Positions 1 through 9,774 are shown, counted from the stretch's first letter. The stretch: 64,000 nucleotides of DNA from an uncultured Planctomycetia bacterium (GCA_964430735.1 CAYSFB010000004.1:168040-232039); one strand, 5' to 3'. Made by a program: numbers and translations. The notes: generated from the letters alone by a model not told the origin.

Positions 1-675
1 GCTGCCTTGAAGCAGTCCGTTTCTTTTAAGGCCAAGGCGGGCAAGGCCGTCATCCGCTACGGCTACTCGACCCGCGCCGCCGGATACCCGGACTTCTACG
101 CCGTTCTCGAAAAAAAGTCGCCTCTCGCCGTTCCGGACCAGACCCATTCCGCCAATATTCACCGGCCCAAGCCGTCCAAATCCCGCGTCACCGTGCCCGA
201 TTGCGACGCGCTCGTGACCGACCGGCCCGGTCAGACCCTGACTGTCCGCACCGCCGACTGCCTCCCGATCTTTATTTGGGAAAAAAGCGGAAAAGCCGCC
301 GCCGTCGTCCACGCCGGCTGGAAGGGGACGCATCAAAAGATCGCCGCCAAGACCGTCGCGCGTTTAAAGCGCCTGGGCGCCGAACCCAAGAATCTCCGCG
401 CCGTCTTCGGACCGGCCATCCGATCCTGCTGTTATGAAGTCGGCCCCGAATTTGCTGGCAGATTTCCCGCCCAGACCCTGAAGCCGGGCCAAAAAGGCCG
501 CTTCCAATTTGATCTGGTCCTGGCCAACCGGCTCCAGCTTGAGGCCGCTGGAATTCCGAGCGTAAGTCTAAGCGACATCAAGCGTTGCACCGCCTGCGAC
601 ACCCGCACTTTTTTCTCGTTCCGCCGCGACCCGGCCAACACCGGCCGGATGATCCACTGGATCCGCATCGACTAA
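1..675 (+). CDS. pgeF: PgeF/YfiH family purine nucleoside phosphorylase / peptidoglycan editing factor (DUF152, Cu-oxidase_4), 5'-truncated by the window edge
   Basis: Frame 1 is open from nt 1 with no upstream stop. The HAGWKG motif and overall YfiH-like sequence are present; stop at 673-675. Confidence 0.75.
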   Translation, partial: AALKQSVSFKAKAGKAVIRYGYSTRAAGYPDFYAVLEKKSPLAVPDQTHSANIHRPKPSKSRVTVPDCDALVTDRPGQTLTVRTADCLPIFIWEKSGKAAAVVHAGWKGTHQKIAAKTVARLKRLGAEPKNLRAVFGPAIRSCCYEVGPEFAGRFPAQTLKPGQKGRFQFDLVLANRLQLEAAGIPSVSLSDIKRCTACDTRTFFSFRRDPANTGRMIHWIRID

Positions 676-815
676 ACCGAAGCCCTCTTTCGCACGTCCA
701 AATAGCGTGGATTTGCAGGGGTGGTTTTGATACGATAAACACGATTTTCCGAGACAAAAAGCTTTTTCCTTTGGCTACTTTTACCAGCTTCAACTAACCC
801 ATAAGGAATCGAGCC

Positions 816-1802
816 ATGGACGCGAATATCAAAGCGGTCGGGGAACGGGTGCAGGCGGAGGCCGCCGGCCTCAAGCGCCTCAGGGAAGAGATTCACAAAG
901 CCATCGTCGGCCAGGAGCAGCTGGTCGACCGTCTGATCATGGCGCTCATCGTGGACGGCCACGTTCTCCTCGAAGGTCTCCCGGGTCTGGCCAAAACGAA
1001 GTCGATCGCGACGCTCGCCAAGGCCATCGACACCGGCTTCCAGCGCATCCAGTTCACGCCCGACCTTCTTCCGGCCGACATCGTCGGAACCCAGATCTAC
1101 AACCCCAAGACCGGTGACTTTTCGGTCAAAAAAGGCCCGATCTTTTCGAACATCATCCTCGCCGACGAAATCAACCGCGCCCCGGCCAAGGTCCAGAGCG
1201 CCCTCCTCGAAGCGATGCAGGAACGCCGCGTGACCATTGCCGGCGAAACGTACCCGCTTCCGTCGCCGTTCCTCGTCATGGCGACGCAGAACCCGATCGA
1301 GCAGGAGGGCACGTACCCACTGCCGGAAGCCCAGGTCGACCGTTTCACGTTCAAGGTCGAGATCTCGTACCCGTCCAAGGCGGACGAGCTCAAGGTGATG
1401 GAGCGGATGACCGCGCCCGAAGAAGCGCCGATCAAGGCCGTGATGCACCCGGACGACATCTTCCGCGCGCGCAAACTCCTCAAGGAGATTTACGTCGACG
1501 ACCGGATCAAGAATTACATCCTGAACATCGTTCAGGCGACGCGCAATCCGCAGGACTTCAAGCTTGATATCAAACGCCACATCATGTACGGCGCCAGCCC
1601 CCGCGCGACGATTTTCCTCAACCTCGCCGCGCGCGCCAACGCCTTCATGCAGGGCCGTGGCTTCGTGGTGCCGGAGGACGTGAAGGCCATCGCACCGGAC
1701 GTGTTGCGCCACCGCGTCATCGTGACGTACGAAGCGGAAGCCGAAGAACTGCGCTCGGTCGACATCATCAAGAAGATTTTCGACAAAGTCGAAGTTCCTT
1801 AA
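816..1802 (+). CDS. MoxR-like AAA+ ATPase (AAA_3)
   Basis: Walker A (GLPGLAKT) and Walker B (ILADEINRA) motifs, and the typical MoxR length of 328 aa. Confidence 0.9.
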   Translation: MDANIKAVGERVQAEAAGLKRLREEIHKAIVGQEQLVDRLIMALIVDGHVLLEGLPGLAKTKSIATLAKAIDTGFQRIQFTPDLLPADIVGTQIYNPKTGDFSVKKGPIFSNIILADEINRAPAKVQSALLEAMQERRVTIAGETYPLPSPFLVMATQNPIEQEGTYPLPEAQVDRFTFKVEISYPSKADELKVMERMTAPEEAPIKAVMHPDDIFRARKLLKEIYVDDRIKNYILNIVQATRNPQDFKLDIKRHIMYGASPRATIFLNLAARANAFMQGRGFVVPEDVKAIAPDVLRHRVIVTYEAEAEELRSVDIIKKIFDKVEVP

Positions 1803-1840
1803 TCCGGCGCCAACCACCGGATTCCTGAAGGGCTCCCACC

Positions 1841-2725
1841 GTGATCCCTAAAGATCTGTTCGCCAAGATCAAGTACATCGACATCACGACGTCGCGTCTC
1901 GTCGAGAGCGTGTTCGCCGGTGAGTACCATTCCGTCTTCAAGGGGAAGGGCATCGAGTTCGACGAGGTGCGCGAGTACGTCCCCGGCGACGACATCCGCG
2001 ACATCGACTGGAACGTGACGGCCAAGACCGGCGTCCCGCACACCAAGCGCTTCGTCGAAGCGCGCGAGCTCACCGTCGTGTTCCTCATCGACGTGAGCGC
2101 GTCCGAATACTTCGGCTCCCAGTCCAAGTCCAAGGCCGAGATCATCGCCGAGCTCTGCGCGCTTCTGGCGATGGCCGCGATCCGCAATCAGGACCGCGTG
2201 GGCGTCCTCTTCTTCACCGACCGCGTCGAAAAGTTCATCCCGCCCAAAAAGGGCAAGATCCACGTGCTGCGTGTCGTGCGCGAGATCCTGGGCTTCAAGC
2301 CCAAGGGCCGCCGCACCGACCTGAATGCCGCGTTCCGGGCGCTGAATGACATTGTCTCCAAGCGAGCGGTCGTGTTCGTTTTTTCGGATTTCCTCGCGGA
2401 CGATTATTCCCGGCTGCTCAAGATCTCGCATCGCAAGCACGATCTGGTGGGCGTTCTGGTCGAGGATGCGCGCGAAGTCGCATTCCCCGGGCTGGGGCTG
2501 CTCGAGATCGAAGACGTGGAAACCGGCCAGCGGATGACGATCAACAGTTCCGGCCGGCGATTCAGGAAAAAGTTCTCCGAGTCCGCCGAGAAGCGCCGCG
2601 CGGAGCGCAAAAAGCTTTTTGACTCCATCAAAATGGACCACATCAACATCCGCACCGACCAGCCGTACATCCAGCCGCTCATCCGCTTCTTCAAAGAGCG
2701 GCAGAGGAAGGGCCGATTTGTTTAA
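1841..2725 (+). CDS. DUF58 protein (VWA-like partner of MoxR)
   Basis: DIDWNVTAKTG...VVFLIDVSAS pattern typical of DUF58; sits immediately downstream of the MoxR gene. Confidence 0.85.
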   Translation: MIPKDLFAKIKYIDITTSRLVESVFAGEYHSVFKGKGIEFDEVREYVPGDDIRDIDWNVTAKTGVPHTKRFVEARELTVVFLIDVSASEYFGSQSKSKAEIIAELCALLAMAAIRNQDRVGVLFFTDRVEKFIPPKKGKIHVLRVVREILGFKPKGRRTDLNAAFRALNDIVSKRAVVFVFSDFLADDYSRLLKISHRKHDLVGVLVEDAREVAFPGLGLLEIEDVETGQRMTINSSGRRFRKKFSESAEKRRAERKKLFDSIKMDHINIRTDQPYIQPLIRFFKERQRKGRFV

Positions 2726-3647
2726 GCGCATCCTGGTCGCGATGCTTTTTTCGGCGCTCGCCGCCGCACCGGCCGCCGCCCGGGCCGCGGACGGGGGATT
2801 CGAGGCCACGTTCACGGTGAACCGCCAGAAGGCGACGATCGGTGACGATATCGTCGTATCGGCGGACATCGTCCATGACGACGCGTTCAAGGTTGAGGAT
2901 CTCCCCAAAGATTTGCGGATCCCGCCGTTCATCGTGAAGAAGGTCGAGCGCGTCGTGCCGCGCAAAGCCAAGGGCGTGACGGCCGACGGCTTCCGGATCA
3001 CGCTCACCGTTTTTGAAACAGGCCAGTTCACCGTGCCGCCCATCGCGATCCGTTTCAAGGACCCCAAGGGCAAGTCCGGCGTGGTCTACACCGAACAGTG
3101 GCCCGTCGAGGTCTTCAGCGTCCTCGGCAATCAGAAGGACACGGGCGACATCCGGCCGCTCAAGGATCCTGCGTCGCTCGAGACGGAAGCCCAGCGGCGG
3201 ATGCGCTGGATCCGTTGGGCCGTCGGCGTTCTTGCGCTCGCCGTCCTCGCGTTGCTGGGCTGGCTCGGCTGGCGCCGGTACCAGGCCTGGCTCGAAGCGC
3301 GCAAACCCGCGCATGTCCGGGCCCTCGAAGCGCTCGACCGGCTCGAAAAGAAGCAGCTCATCGCGGCCGGTCAGCCGAAGCTTTTTTACGGCGAACTCAC
3401 CGAGATTCTCAAGGTTTATCTGATCCGCCGCTACGGCACCGGATCGCTCGACCAGACGACCCGCGAATTTTTGACCGCGCTGGAATCCAATCCGGCATCG
3501 GCCGACGCCTATGACGCCGCGCGGCCCGTGCTCGGAGCCGCCGACCTCGTCAAATTCGCCCGGTCGATCCCGACGACCGAAGAGGCTTCCGCGGTAGTCG
3601 CCGACCTCCGCGCGCTCATTGGCCGCACGGCGGGAGCCGCATCATGA
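2718..3647 (+). CDS. Bat-operon accessory membrane protein (DUF4381-like; signal peptide plus mid-protein TM helix)
   Basis: In-frame TTG at 2718 overlaps the DUF58 stop (an alternative ATG lies at 2742). Signal peptide, TM segment RWAVGVLALAVLALLGWLGW followed by a helical C-domain; ends in an ATGA overlap with batA. Confidence 0.5.
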   Translation: MFKRILVAMLFSALAAAPAAARAADGGFEATFTVNRQKATIGDDIVVSADIVHDDAFKVEDLPKDLRIPPFIVKKVERVVPRKAKGVTADGFRITLTVFETGQFTVPPIAIRFKDPKGKSGVVYTEQWPVEVFSVLGNQKDTGDIRPLKDPASLETEAQRRMRWIRWAVGVLALAVLALLGWLGWRRYQAWLEARKPAHVRALEALDRLEKKQLIAAGQPKLFYGELTEILKVYLIRRYGTGSLDQTTREFLTALESNPASADAYDAARPVLGAADLVKFARSIPTTEEASAVVADLRALIGRTAGAAS

Positions 3648-4636
3648 GGCTCGCGGATCCGGTCTTTCTGGCCCTGTTGATTCCGGCGGTGATCCTGGCG
3701 GTCCTGGCGATCCTGAACCGCATCAACCGTGAGGCGAGCCTCAAGTTCTCCAGCGTCCAGATCGTCCGTGAAGCGGGCGCGCGCTCCATCTCGTTCCGCC
3801 GTCTGGCGCTGACCCTGCTGCGCCTCGCGGCGCTCGCGGTGCTCATTTTTGCGCTCGCGCGGCCGCAGACGGGGGAAGGCAAGACCGAATCGACCCGCGA
3901 GGTGATCGACGTGATCATTTCGCTCGACACGTCGAGCTCCATGGCGACGCTCGACTTCCACCCCGAGAACCGCCTCACGGCCGCCAAGCAGGAAGCCGAG
4001 CGCTTCATCCAGAACCGTCCCGACGACCGCATCGGCCTCGTCGTGTTCGCCAAACATTCGATCACGATCAGCCCGCTCACGACCGACCACAAGGCCTTGA
4101 GCCGGCTTTTGGCCCGCGTCGAAATGGGCATGATGGAAGACGGCACGGCCATCGGCGTCGGGTTGGCCAATGCCGCGAACCGCCTCAAGGAATCGGAAGC
4201 CAAGAGCAAGGTGATCGTCCTGCTCACCGACGGCGTGAACAACTCCGGCGAAATCGATCCCAAGACCGCCGGCGAAATCGCGCACAAGCTCGGCATCAAG
4301 GTCTATGCCATCGGCGTCGGCACCGACGGTCAGGCGATGGTCCCCATCGACGACCCGCGCACCGGCACGCGCCGCCTCATCCAGACGTACACCGAAATCG
4401 ACGAGAAGCTCCTGACCCAGATCGCCCAGAAGACCGGCGGCCTGTACTTCCGCGCCAAGGACGAGACGGCGCTGCGCAGCATCTTCAACGAGATCAACAA
4501 ACTCGAAAAAACCGAAGTGAAGGTCAATAACTTCACGACCTACGACGAGCACTACGCCAAATACCTGGGCTGGGTGTTCTGGATCCTCATCGCCGAATTC
4601 CTCCTGAGGAACCTGCTGTGGAGGAAGATGCCATGA
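3644..4636 (+). CDS. batA: BatA-like von Willebrand factor A (VWA) domain membrane protein
   Basis: N-terminal TM helices and a VWA MIDAS region (DxSxS: ISLDTSSSM). Confidence 0.8.
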   Translation: MRLADPVFLALLIPAVILAVLAILNRINREASLKFSSVQIVREAGARSISFRRLALTLLRLAALAVLIFALARPQTGEGKTESTREVIDVIISLDTSSSMATLDFHPENRLTAAKQEAERFIQNRPDDRIGLVVFAKHSITISPLTTDHKALSRLLARVEMGMMEDGTAIGVGLANAANRLKESEAKSKVIVLLTDGVNNSGEIDPKTAGEIAHKLGIKVYAIGVGTDGQAMVPIDDPRTGTRRLIQTYTEIDEKLLTQIAQKTGGLYFRAKDETALRSIFNEINKLEKTEVKVNNFTTYDEHYAKYLGWVFWILIAEFLLRNLLWRKMP

Positions 4637-5640
4637 CCTGGGCCGACCCCCGCCAATTCGACTGGATCTGGCTCGTTCTGGGCTTCCTGCTGTTTTTTAC
4701 CCTTTCGGAACTGTGGAAGGCGTTCCGGCTGCGCAAGTACGCGGGGTCGTCGAGCGCGATGCAGCTGGTGTCGAGTCTCTCGCGTCCGATGCGATTCCTG
4801 AAGACGCTCCTTTTTCTGGCGGCCCTGCTGCTCGTCATCGTCGGTCTCGCGCGTCCGCAGGCGCCCGGCAAGACCGTCATGGCCAAGGCGCTCGGCGCGG
4901 ACATCGTGATCGCCGTCGACGTGTCGGACAGCATGCTCGCGCAGGACATCCCGCCCAGCCGCATCGACAAGGCCAAGCTCGAACTCCAGGATTTGGTCGA
5001 GATCACGCGCGGCGACCGGATCGGCGTCGTCGCATTCGCCGGCGAAGCGTACGGCCAGGTGCCGCTGACGCTCGACCGGTCGTCGGTGAAGCTTTTTCTC
5101 AGATCGCTTTCTCCGGGGATGGTGCCGGAACCGGGCACGGCCATTTCCAAGGCGATTCGCGCGAGTCTGTCGCTCTTCGACTTTGAGACGGAAACGGGCC
5201 GCGCGATCATCCTCCTGACGGACGGCGAGGACCACGAAGAAGATCCCGCCGGAATCGCCCAGCAGGCCGCCGAGGCGGGAGTGCGCATCTTCACCATCGG
5301 CATCGGCACCTCCAAGGGCGAAATGATTCCGATCAAAGGGGAGAGGGGCGGCGTCCAGTTCAAAAAGGACATCGACGGCAAAATTGTCGTCTCGCGTCTC
5401 GGCGAAGAAAAGCTCAAAGAAATCGCCCGCATCACCGGTGGTCAGTACTATCCGTCCCAGCGCGGAACGCTCGAGGTCGAAAAGATCTACCGCGCGGTCC
5501 GCGCGACGCTTGAGCGCAAGGAGACCGGCTCCGGTTGGGTCGTCGAGACCGACCCCAAATATCAGTCGTACATCCTGCTGGCGATCCTGTTGCTGCTGGT
5601 CGAGTCGCTGCTCTCTGAGCGCAAGTGGGAGCGGTCATGA
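4633..5640 (+). CDS. batB: BatB-like VWA domain membrane protein
   Basis: ATG at 4633 overlaps the batA TGA (ATGA). VWA MIDAS motif VDVSDSM and TM segments at both termini. Confidence 0.8.
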   Translation: MTWADPRQFDWIWLVLGFLLFFTLSELWKAFRLRKYAGSSSAMQLVSSLSRPMRFLKTLLFLAALLLVIVGLARPQAPGKTVMAKALGADIVIAVDVSDSMLAQDIPPSRIDKAKLELQDLVEITRGDRIGVVAFAGEAYGQVPLTLDRSSVKLFLRSLSPGMVPEPGTAISKAIRASLSLFDFETETGRAIILLTDGEDHEEDPAGIAQQAAEAGVRIFTIGIGTSKGEMIPIKGERGGVQFKKDIDGKIVVSRLGEEKLKEIARITGGQYYPSQRGTLEVEKIYRAVRATLERKETGSGWVVETDPKYQSYILLAILLLLVESLLSERKWERS

Positions 5641-7055
5641 GACGGGTTTTGACGCTTCTCACCGCGTTCGTCTGCGCCGCATCGCTCACCGGCTTCGACA
5701 AGGAAGCCGTGAAGATCAACGAAAAGGCCAACGAGCGGTACAAGAAGGGCAAATTCCAAGAGGCCCGTCAGCTGTATCTGGAGGCGCGCGAACTGGCGCC
5801 CGAGTCGCAGAAACTCATTTTTAACACCGGCAACGCCCATCAGCAGCTCAAGGACTACAAGAGCGCCGAAGTGGAGTACCGGTCGATCGCGGCTGGAGCC
5901 GAGGCGGAAGCGAAGGTCCGGGCGGCGGCGTATTACAACTGGGCGAACATGGTTTATAAGCAGGGCGGGATGGAAGCGGTGGATGCCGCCATCGCCAAAT
6001 ACCAGGACGCGCTCCTGGTCGATCCCGACGATCAGGACGCCAAGTACAATATCGAATTCTTGCGCAAGAAAAAAGACGAGCAGAAAAAAGAAGACGAGCA
6101 AAAGCAGGACGAACAGAAAAAAGATCAGCAACAGCAGAACCAGCAACAAAATCAGCAGCAGAATCAGGACCAGAATCAGGATCAGCAGCAGAGCCAAAAT
6201 CAGAACCAGCAGCAAAATCAGGATCAGAAGAATCAGGATCAGAAAAACCAGCAGCAGAATCAGGACCAGCAGCAACAAAACCAGAATCAGGACCAGCAGC
6301 AAGACCAGCAGAAGAATCAACAGGGCGGCGGTCAGGATCAGAAGCAGCAGGGCGGAGGCGGCCAGCAGGAAGATCAGCAGCAGGGTCAGGATCAAGGAGA
6401 CCAGGAGAAGAGTCAGGAAAAAGGTGATCAAGAGGGGTCTTCGGGATCCGAATCAAAGTCGGAGTCCGGCGAGGGCGAGGGTCAGGAGCAGGAGCAGTCC
6501 GCCGGTCAGCAGGGTCAGGACAAGGGTTCCGGCGGTCAGGAAGAAAAGCAAGACTCCGGCTCCGAGGGACAGGAAAAGCAGGAGTCCGGCTCCGAGGGTC
6601 AGGATCAGCAGAAGCCCGGTTCCCAGGGTCAGGAAGAAAAACAGGATTCCGGCTCCGAGGGCCAGGAAAAGCAGGATTCTCAATCGTCTGGTCAGGACCA
6701 GCAGGACAAATCCGGCTCCGAGGGTCAGAAATCTCCGGAAGAAGCCAAGTCGGATTCGGGGCAATCGAGTCTGGGCGGCGGGAGCGAGCAGGGCGAGGAA
6801 TCGCAGGGCGCGGGCGGCGACGCCGGCGAGGAGCAGGCCCAGGGAATGGAAGAGCAGGGGATGGCCGGAGGGCCCGAGCAGGGCGAAGGAGAGGGCGGCG
6901 AGCGGCAGGCGCAAAGCGGCACGCCGGTGGCTCTCGGCAGCCAATACGAGAACATGCTCAATGCCCTGGAAGACGAGGAAGGTCAGTTGGTGTATGCGCT
7001 CAAAAAAAATGTTCCGCCCGGCGCCCGGCGTCCCCGAACCCGGTACGATTGGTAA
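5637..7055 (+). CDS. batC: BatC-like TPR protein with a ~340-aa Gln/Asn/Asp/Glu/Lys/Gly/Ser low-complexity C-terminal extension
   Basis: ATG at 5637 overlaps the batB TGA. Signal peptide and TPR repeats in residues ~25-130, then QNQDQ... and GSEGQEKQDSGSEGQ... repeats. Confidence 0.65.
   Translation: MRRVLTLLTAFVCAASLTGFDKEAVKINEKANERYKKGKFQEARQLYLEARELAPESQKLIFNTGNAHQQLKDYKSAEVEYRSIAAGAEAEAKVRAAAYYNWANMVYKQGGMEAVDAAIAKYQDALLVDPDDQDAKYNIEFLRKKKDEQKKEDEQKQDEQKKDQQQQNQQQNQQQNQDQNQDQQQSQNQNQQQNQDQKNQDQKNQQQNQDQQQQNQNQDQQQDQQKNQQGGGQDQKQQGGGGQQEDQQQGQDQGDQEKSQEKGDQEGSSGSESKSESGEGEGQEQEQSAGQQGQDKGSGGQEEKQDSGSEGQEKQESGSEGQDQQKPGSQGQEEKQDSGSEGQEKQDSQSSGQDQQDKSGSEGQKSPEEAKSDSGQSSLGGGSEQGEESQGAGGDAGEEQAQGMEEQGMAGGPEQGEGEGGERQAQSGTPVALGSQYENMLNALEDEEGQLVYALKKNVPPGARRPRTRYDW
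6090..6760 (+). repeat. Coding tandem/microsatellite-like repeats (CAG/AAT-rich from ~6090-6330; ~30-bp GGTCAGGAAGAAAAGCAAGACTCCGGCTCCGAG-like units from ~6480-6720) inside batC
   Basis: The repeated units were read directly in the sequence. The antisense frame translates as poly-Leu (spurious ORF 5562-6431). Confidence 0.7.
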
Positions 7056-7102
7056 GGGCGTTTAAGGGTCTAAAACTTTTGAATATGGTAAATTAGTTCT
7101 CC

Positions 7103-9022
7103 ATGAAAAGCCCTGTTCGCATCCTCCGAACCCTCTCGGCAATTTTGCTCCTTTTGACGGCGCCGCCGGCGGTTTCCGCCTGGGCGGAAATCAATATCGA
7201 AGCCAGTCTCAATCCGGCCAAGGTGGCGGTTGGTGAACCCGTCGAGCTCATGATCGCCGTGACCGGCGCCTCCGGCAACATCCAGTCTCCCAAACTGCCC
7301 GAACTCAAGGGCTTCCGCTCCTACTCGCAGGGCCACTCCGAAGAATTTTCGTTTGTGAACGGCAAATCGTCTTCGCGGAGCGTCTTCACTTTTGTTCTGG
7401 TCCCGGCCGAAGAAGGGGTTTTTATCATCGATGCGATCGAAATTCCGATCGGAGGCAAAACCTTCAAGACCGGAAACCTCAAGGTTGAAGTCGGCCCCGC
7501 GAACACGGCCGGCCCGCCCAAAACTTCCGCCGGCAAACCGCTGGCCCGCGTCGTGCCGCCGTCTTCGCGCTCGCTTCCGCCCGAGTACATGGCCAGTCAG
7601 GAGATTTTTGTGCGGGCCACGACTGACCGCGAAGAAGCGTACGTGAACCAGCCGATTTACTTGACCTACACGCTCTACACGCGCACGTCGGCCACGTTCA
7701 AAGGATTTGAAGATGAGCCGGAGACGGCCGGGTTTTGGGTGGAGGATTTTCCGCCCAACCCCCAGGTCAACCGCGAGGAGCGCGTGCTCGGCGGTTACCG
7801 GTATGTCATCGCCGACGTACGGCAGGTGGCGCTGTTCCCGACGGAAGCCGGGGTCAAGCGGTTCGAGCCGGGATCTCTCAAGGTGGACGCTGAGTTGATC
7901 CGGGATCCTTACGGCAACAACCCGTTCCAGCAGAACCCCTTTTTCCGCCGCCGTTACATGCCGCAGCAGCTGATCACGGAAATCCAGCCGCGCATCCTCG
8001 AAACGGAGCCGATCAATTTTAAAATCAAGGCGTTGCCCGACGCCGGCAAGCCCGCGGACTTCGGCGGCGCGGTCGGCCGCTTCAAGATCAACGCTTCGCT
8101 GGATCAGACGACGGTCGAGGAGGGGCATCCGGTGACGCTGCGTCTGGAGCTGACCGGCGAAGGCAATCTGATGACGCTCCAGATGCCCAAGGCCCCCAAG
8201 ATCGACGGATTCAAGTCCTACGATTCATCGTCCAATCTGGATCTGAAGAAAGACAAGATGATCGTCGAGGGCCGCAAGACGCTCGAAACGGTGCTCGTGC
8301 CGCGCCAAGCCGGCAGCTTCACCATCCCTCCGATCCCGTTCAGTTATTTCGACCCGGTCAAAGAGCAGTATGTGACGCTCGAGACAAAGGCGATCCCGCT
8401 CAAGGTCACGCCCGCCCCCGCCGGCGAAACGCCTCCACCCGCTCCGGACCTGCCGTTGCCTGCGGCTCCGGCCGTTGTGCCCGCAGCCCCTGCGGCTCCT
8501 TCGGGTCTCGACGGCATCCGCTTCGTCAAGACGGATTCCGGCCCTGCTTCGCGCGTGGTCCGGCCCGCGCTCGTCCAGCGCAGCTTCTGGCTGTTGCAGG
8601 CGTCGGTGCTGCTCACGGCGCTGATCTTTTTGATCCTGCGGCTCATTTTTGAGCGGATGGGCATCAACCTGCTGGGCGCCAAGCCGCGGCGTTTCAAGGG
8701 CGAAGCGGCCAAGAGTTTCCGCCGCGCCAAGCAGGCGGCCAAAAACGGGGTCGAGTCCGAGTTTTTTGAAGCGCTGTCCCGCGGCGTGTACGGATATTTT
8801 GCGGACAAGCTCCGCGTCGATCTCGGCGGCGTCGGCGTCGCCCGGGTCGAGGAAGCGTTGCGCGGCAAGATTGCGGACGAGGACATGGACCGCATCCGAG
8901 AACTGTTCCAGCGCATCGATTACGGCCGTTTCGCCTCGGCCAAGCTGACCCGCGACGAAATGAAGCAGCTGCAGGACGACGCGGAACGCATCGTGAACCT
9001 GGTGGAGAAAAAGCGCTTATGA
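7103..9022 (+). CDS. batD: BatD-like oxygen-tolerance protein (signal peptide, beta-rich ectodomain, C-proximal TM)
   Basis: Overall architecture and operon position match BatD. TM helix FWLLQASVLLTALIFLILRLIF near the C-terminus. Confidence 0.7.
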   Translation: MKSPVRILRTLSAILLLLTAPPAVSAWAEINIEASLNPAKVAVGEPVELMIAVTGASGNIQSPKLPELKGFRSYSQGHSEEFSFVNGKSSSRSVFTFVLVPAEEGVFIIDAIEIPIGGKTFKTGNLKVEVGPANTAGPPKTSAGKPLARVVPPSSRSLPPEYMASQEIFVRATTDREEAYVNQPIYLTYTLYTRTSATFKGFEDEPETAGFWVEDFPPNPQVNREERVLGGYRYVIADVRQVALFPTEAGVKRFEPGSLKVDAELIRDPYGNNPFQQNPFFRRRYMPQQLITEIQPRILETEPINFKIKALPDAGKPADFGGAVGRFKINASLDQTTVEEGHPVTLRLELTGEGNLMTLQMPKAPKIDGFKSYDSSSNLDLKKDKMIVEGRKTLETVLVPRQAGSFTIPPIPFSYFDPVKEQYVTLETKAIPLKVTPAPAGETPPPAPDLPLPAAPAVVPAAPAAPSGLDGIRFVKTDSGPASRVVRPALVQRSFWLLQASVLLTALIFLILRLIFERMGINLLGAKPRRFKGEAAKSFRRAKQAAKNGVESEFFEALSRGVYGYFADKLRVDLGGVGVARVEEALRGKIADEDMDRIRELFQRIDYGRFASAKLTRDEMKQLQDDAERIVNLVEKKRL

Positions 9023-9774
9023 TCCGTTTGACGCTCATCGGGCTGTTGATGACGGCGGTGTTTGCGGCGCCGGCGGCCGCAGACGAATCCCGGACCGCGG
9101 GTTTTCAGAACGCCGTGGCGCTCTACCAGAAGGGGAGCTTCAAGGAAGCGGCCGGCGAATTCGCCCGGCAGGCCGCCGCGGGATTTGAATCCCCGGCCGT
9201 TTATTACAACATGGCCAACAGCTGGCTCAAGTCGGGTGACGCAGGCAAAGCGGCCTGGGCATACGAACGGGCCTATATGCTGGACCCGCGCGACGAAGAC
9301 ATCCGCTTCAACCGGAACCTGCTCAAAGCCGCTCTCGGCGAGCCGACCGCGCCGGATGCCGGCGTGTTGGAGCCGGTGCTGCGGCTTCTGGACTATGTGC
9401 GGACCTCCGAGATCGAGCTGGCGCTGCAGATTTCTACGATTCTGCTCGTGTTGTGGATGCTGGCCTTCACTTATCTGAGGTCGCTGCGCGCGCTGTTCGG
9501 AACGCTGTTCTGGATCACCGTACTCGCATCGACGCTGGTTTGGGGCGCGGCTTGGCTGCGGTGGTCCGAAGTCCGTTATCCCGCGGCCGTGGTCCAGGAA
9601 AAAGAAGTATTCGTCCGTTACGGACCCGCGGAGTCGAACAGCCGCTCCCATCAGCTCCGGGCCGGCGCGTCGCTCCGGATCGAGAAGCAGTCGGGTGACT
9701 GGTACCTGGTGCGGTTGGCCGGCGGCCAGACCGGCTGGATCCCCAAGTCGGCCGTGCTCCGGGTGACGCCTTGA
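9019..9774 (+). CDS. batE: BatE-like TPR plus SH3b domain protein
   Basis: ATGA overlap with batD. Signal peptide, TPR repeats, a TM helix and a C-terminal SH3-like segment (GDWYLVRLAGGQTGWIPKSAV). Confidence 0.7.
   Translation: MIRLTLIGLLMTAVFAAPAAADESRTAGFQNAVALYQKGSFKEAAGEFARQAAAGFESPAVYYNMANSWLKSGDAGKAAWAYERAYMLDPRDEDIRFNRNLLKAALGEPTAPDAGVLEPVLRLLDYVRTSEIELALQISTILLVLWMLAFTYLRSLRALFGTLFWITVLASTLVWGAAWLRWSEVRYPAAVVQEKEVFVRYGPAESNSRSHQLRAGASLRIEKQSGDWYLVRLAGGQTGWIPKSAVLRVTP

Noticed and set aside
672-3073. Long minus-strand ORFs (672-1817, 381 aa; 1799-3073, 424 aa) antisense to the MoxR, DUF58 and DUF4381 genes
   Set aside because: High GC content suppresses stop codons in all frames. 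The plus-strand genes carry clear Walker and DUF58 motifs and are operon-coupled, while the antisense translations are Arg/Gly/Asp-rich low-complexity with no motifs.
5562-6456. Minus-strand ORFs 5562-6431 (poly-Leu/Ile, 289 aa) and 5848-6456, plus the plus-frame ORF 5983-7065 (Arg/Ser/Lys-rich)
   Set aside because: These are alternative-frame translations of the CAG/AAT and GGTCAGGAAG tandem repeats inside batC. Only the batC frame is coupled (ATGA) to batB and carries a signal peptide and TPR repeats.
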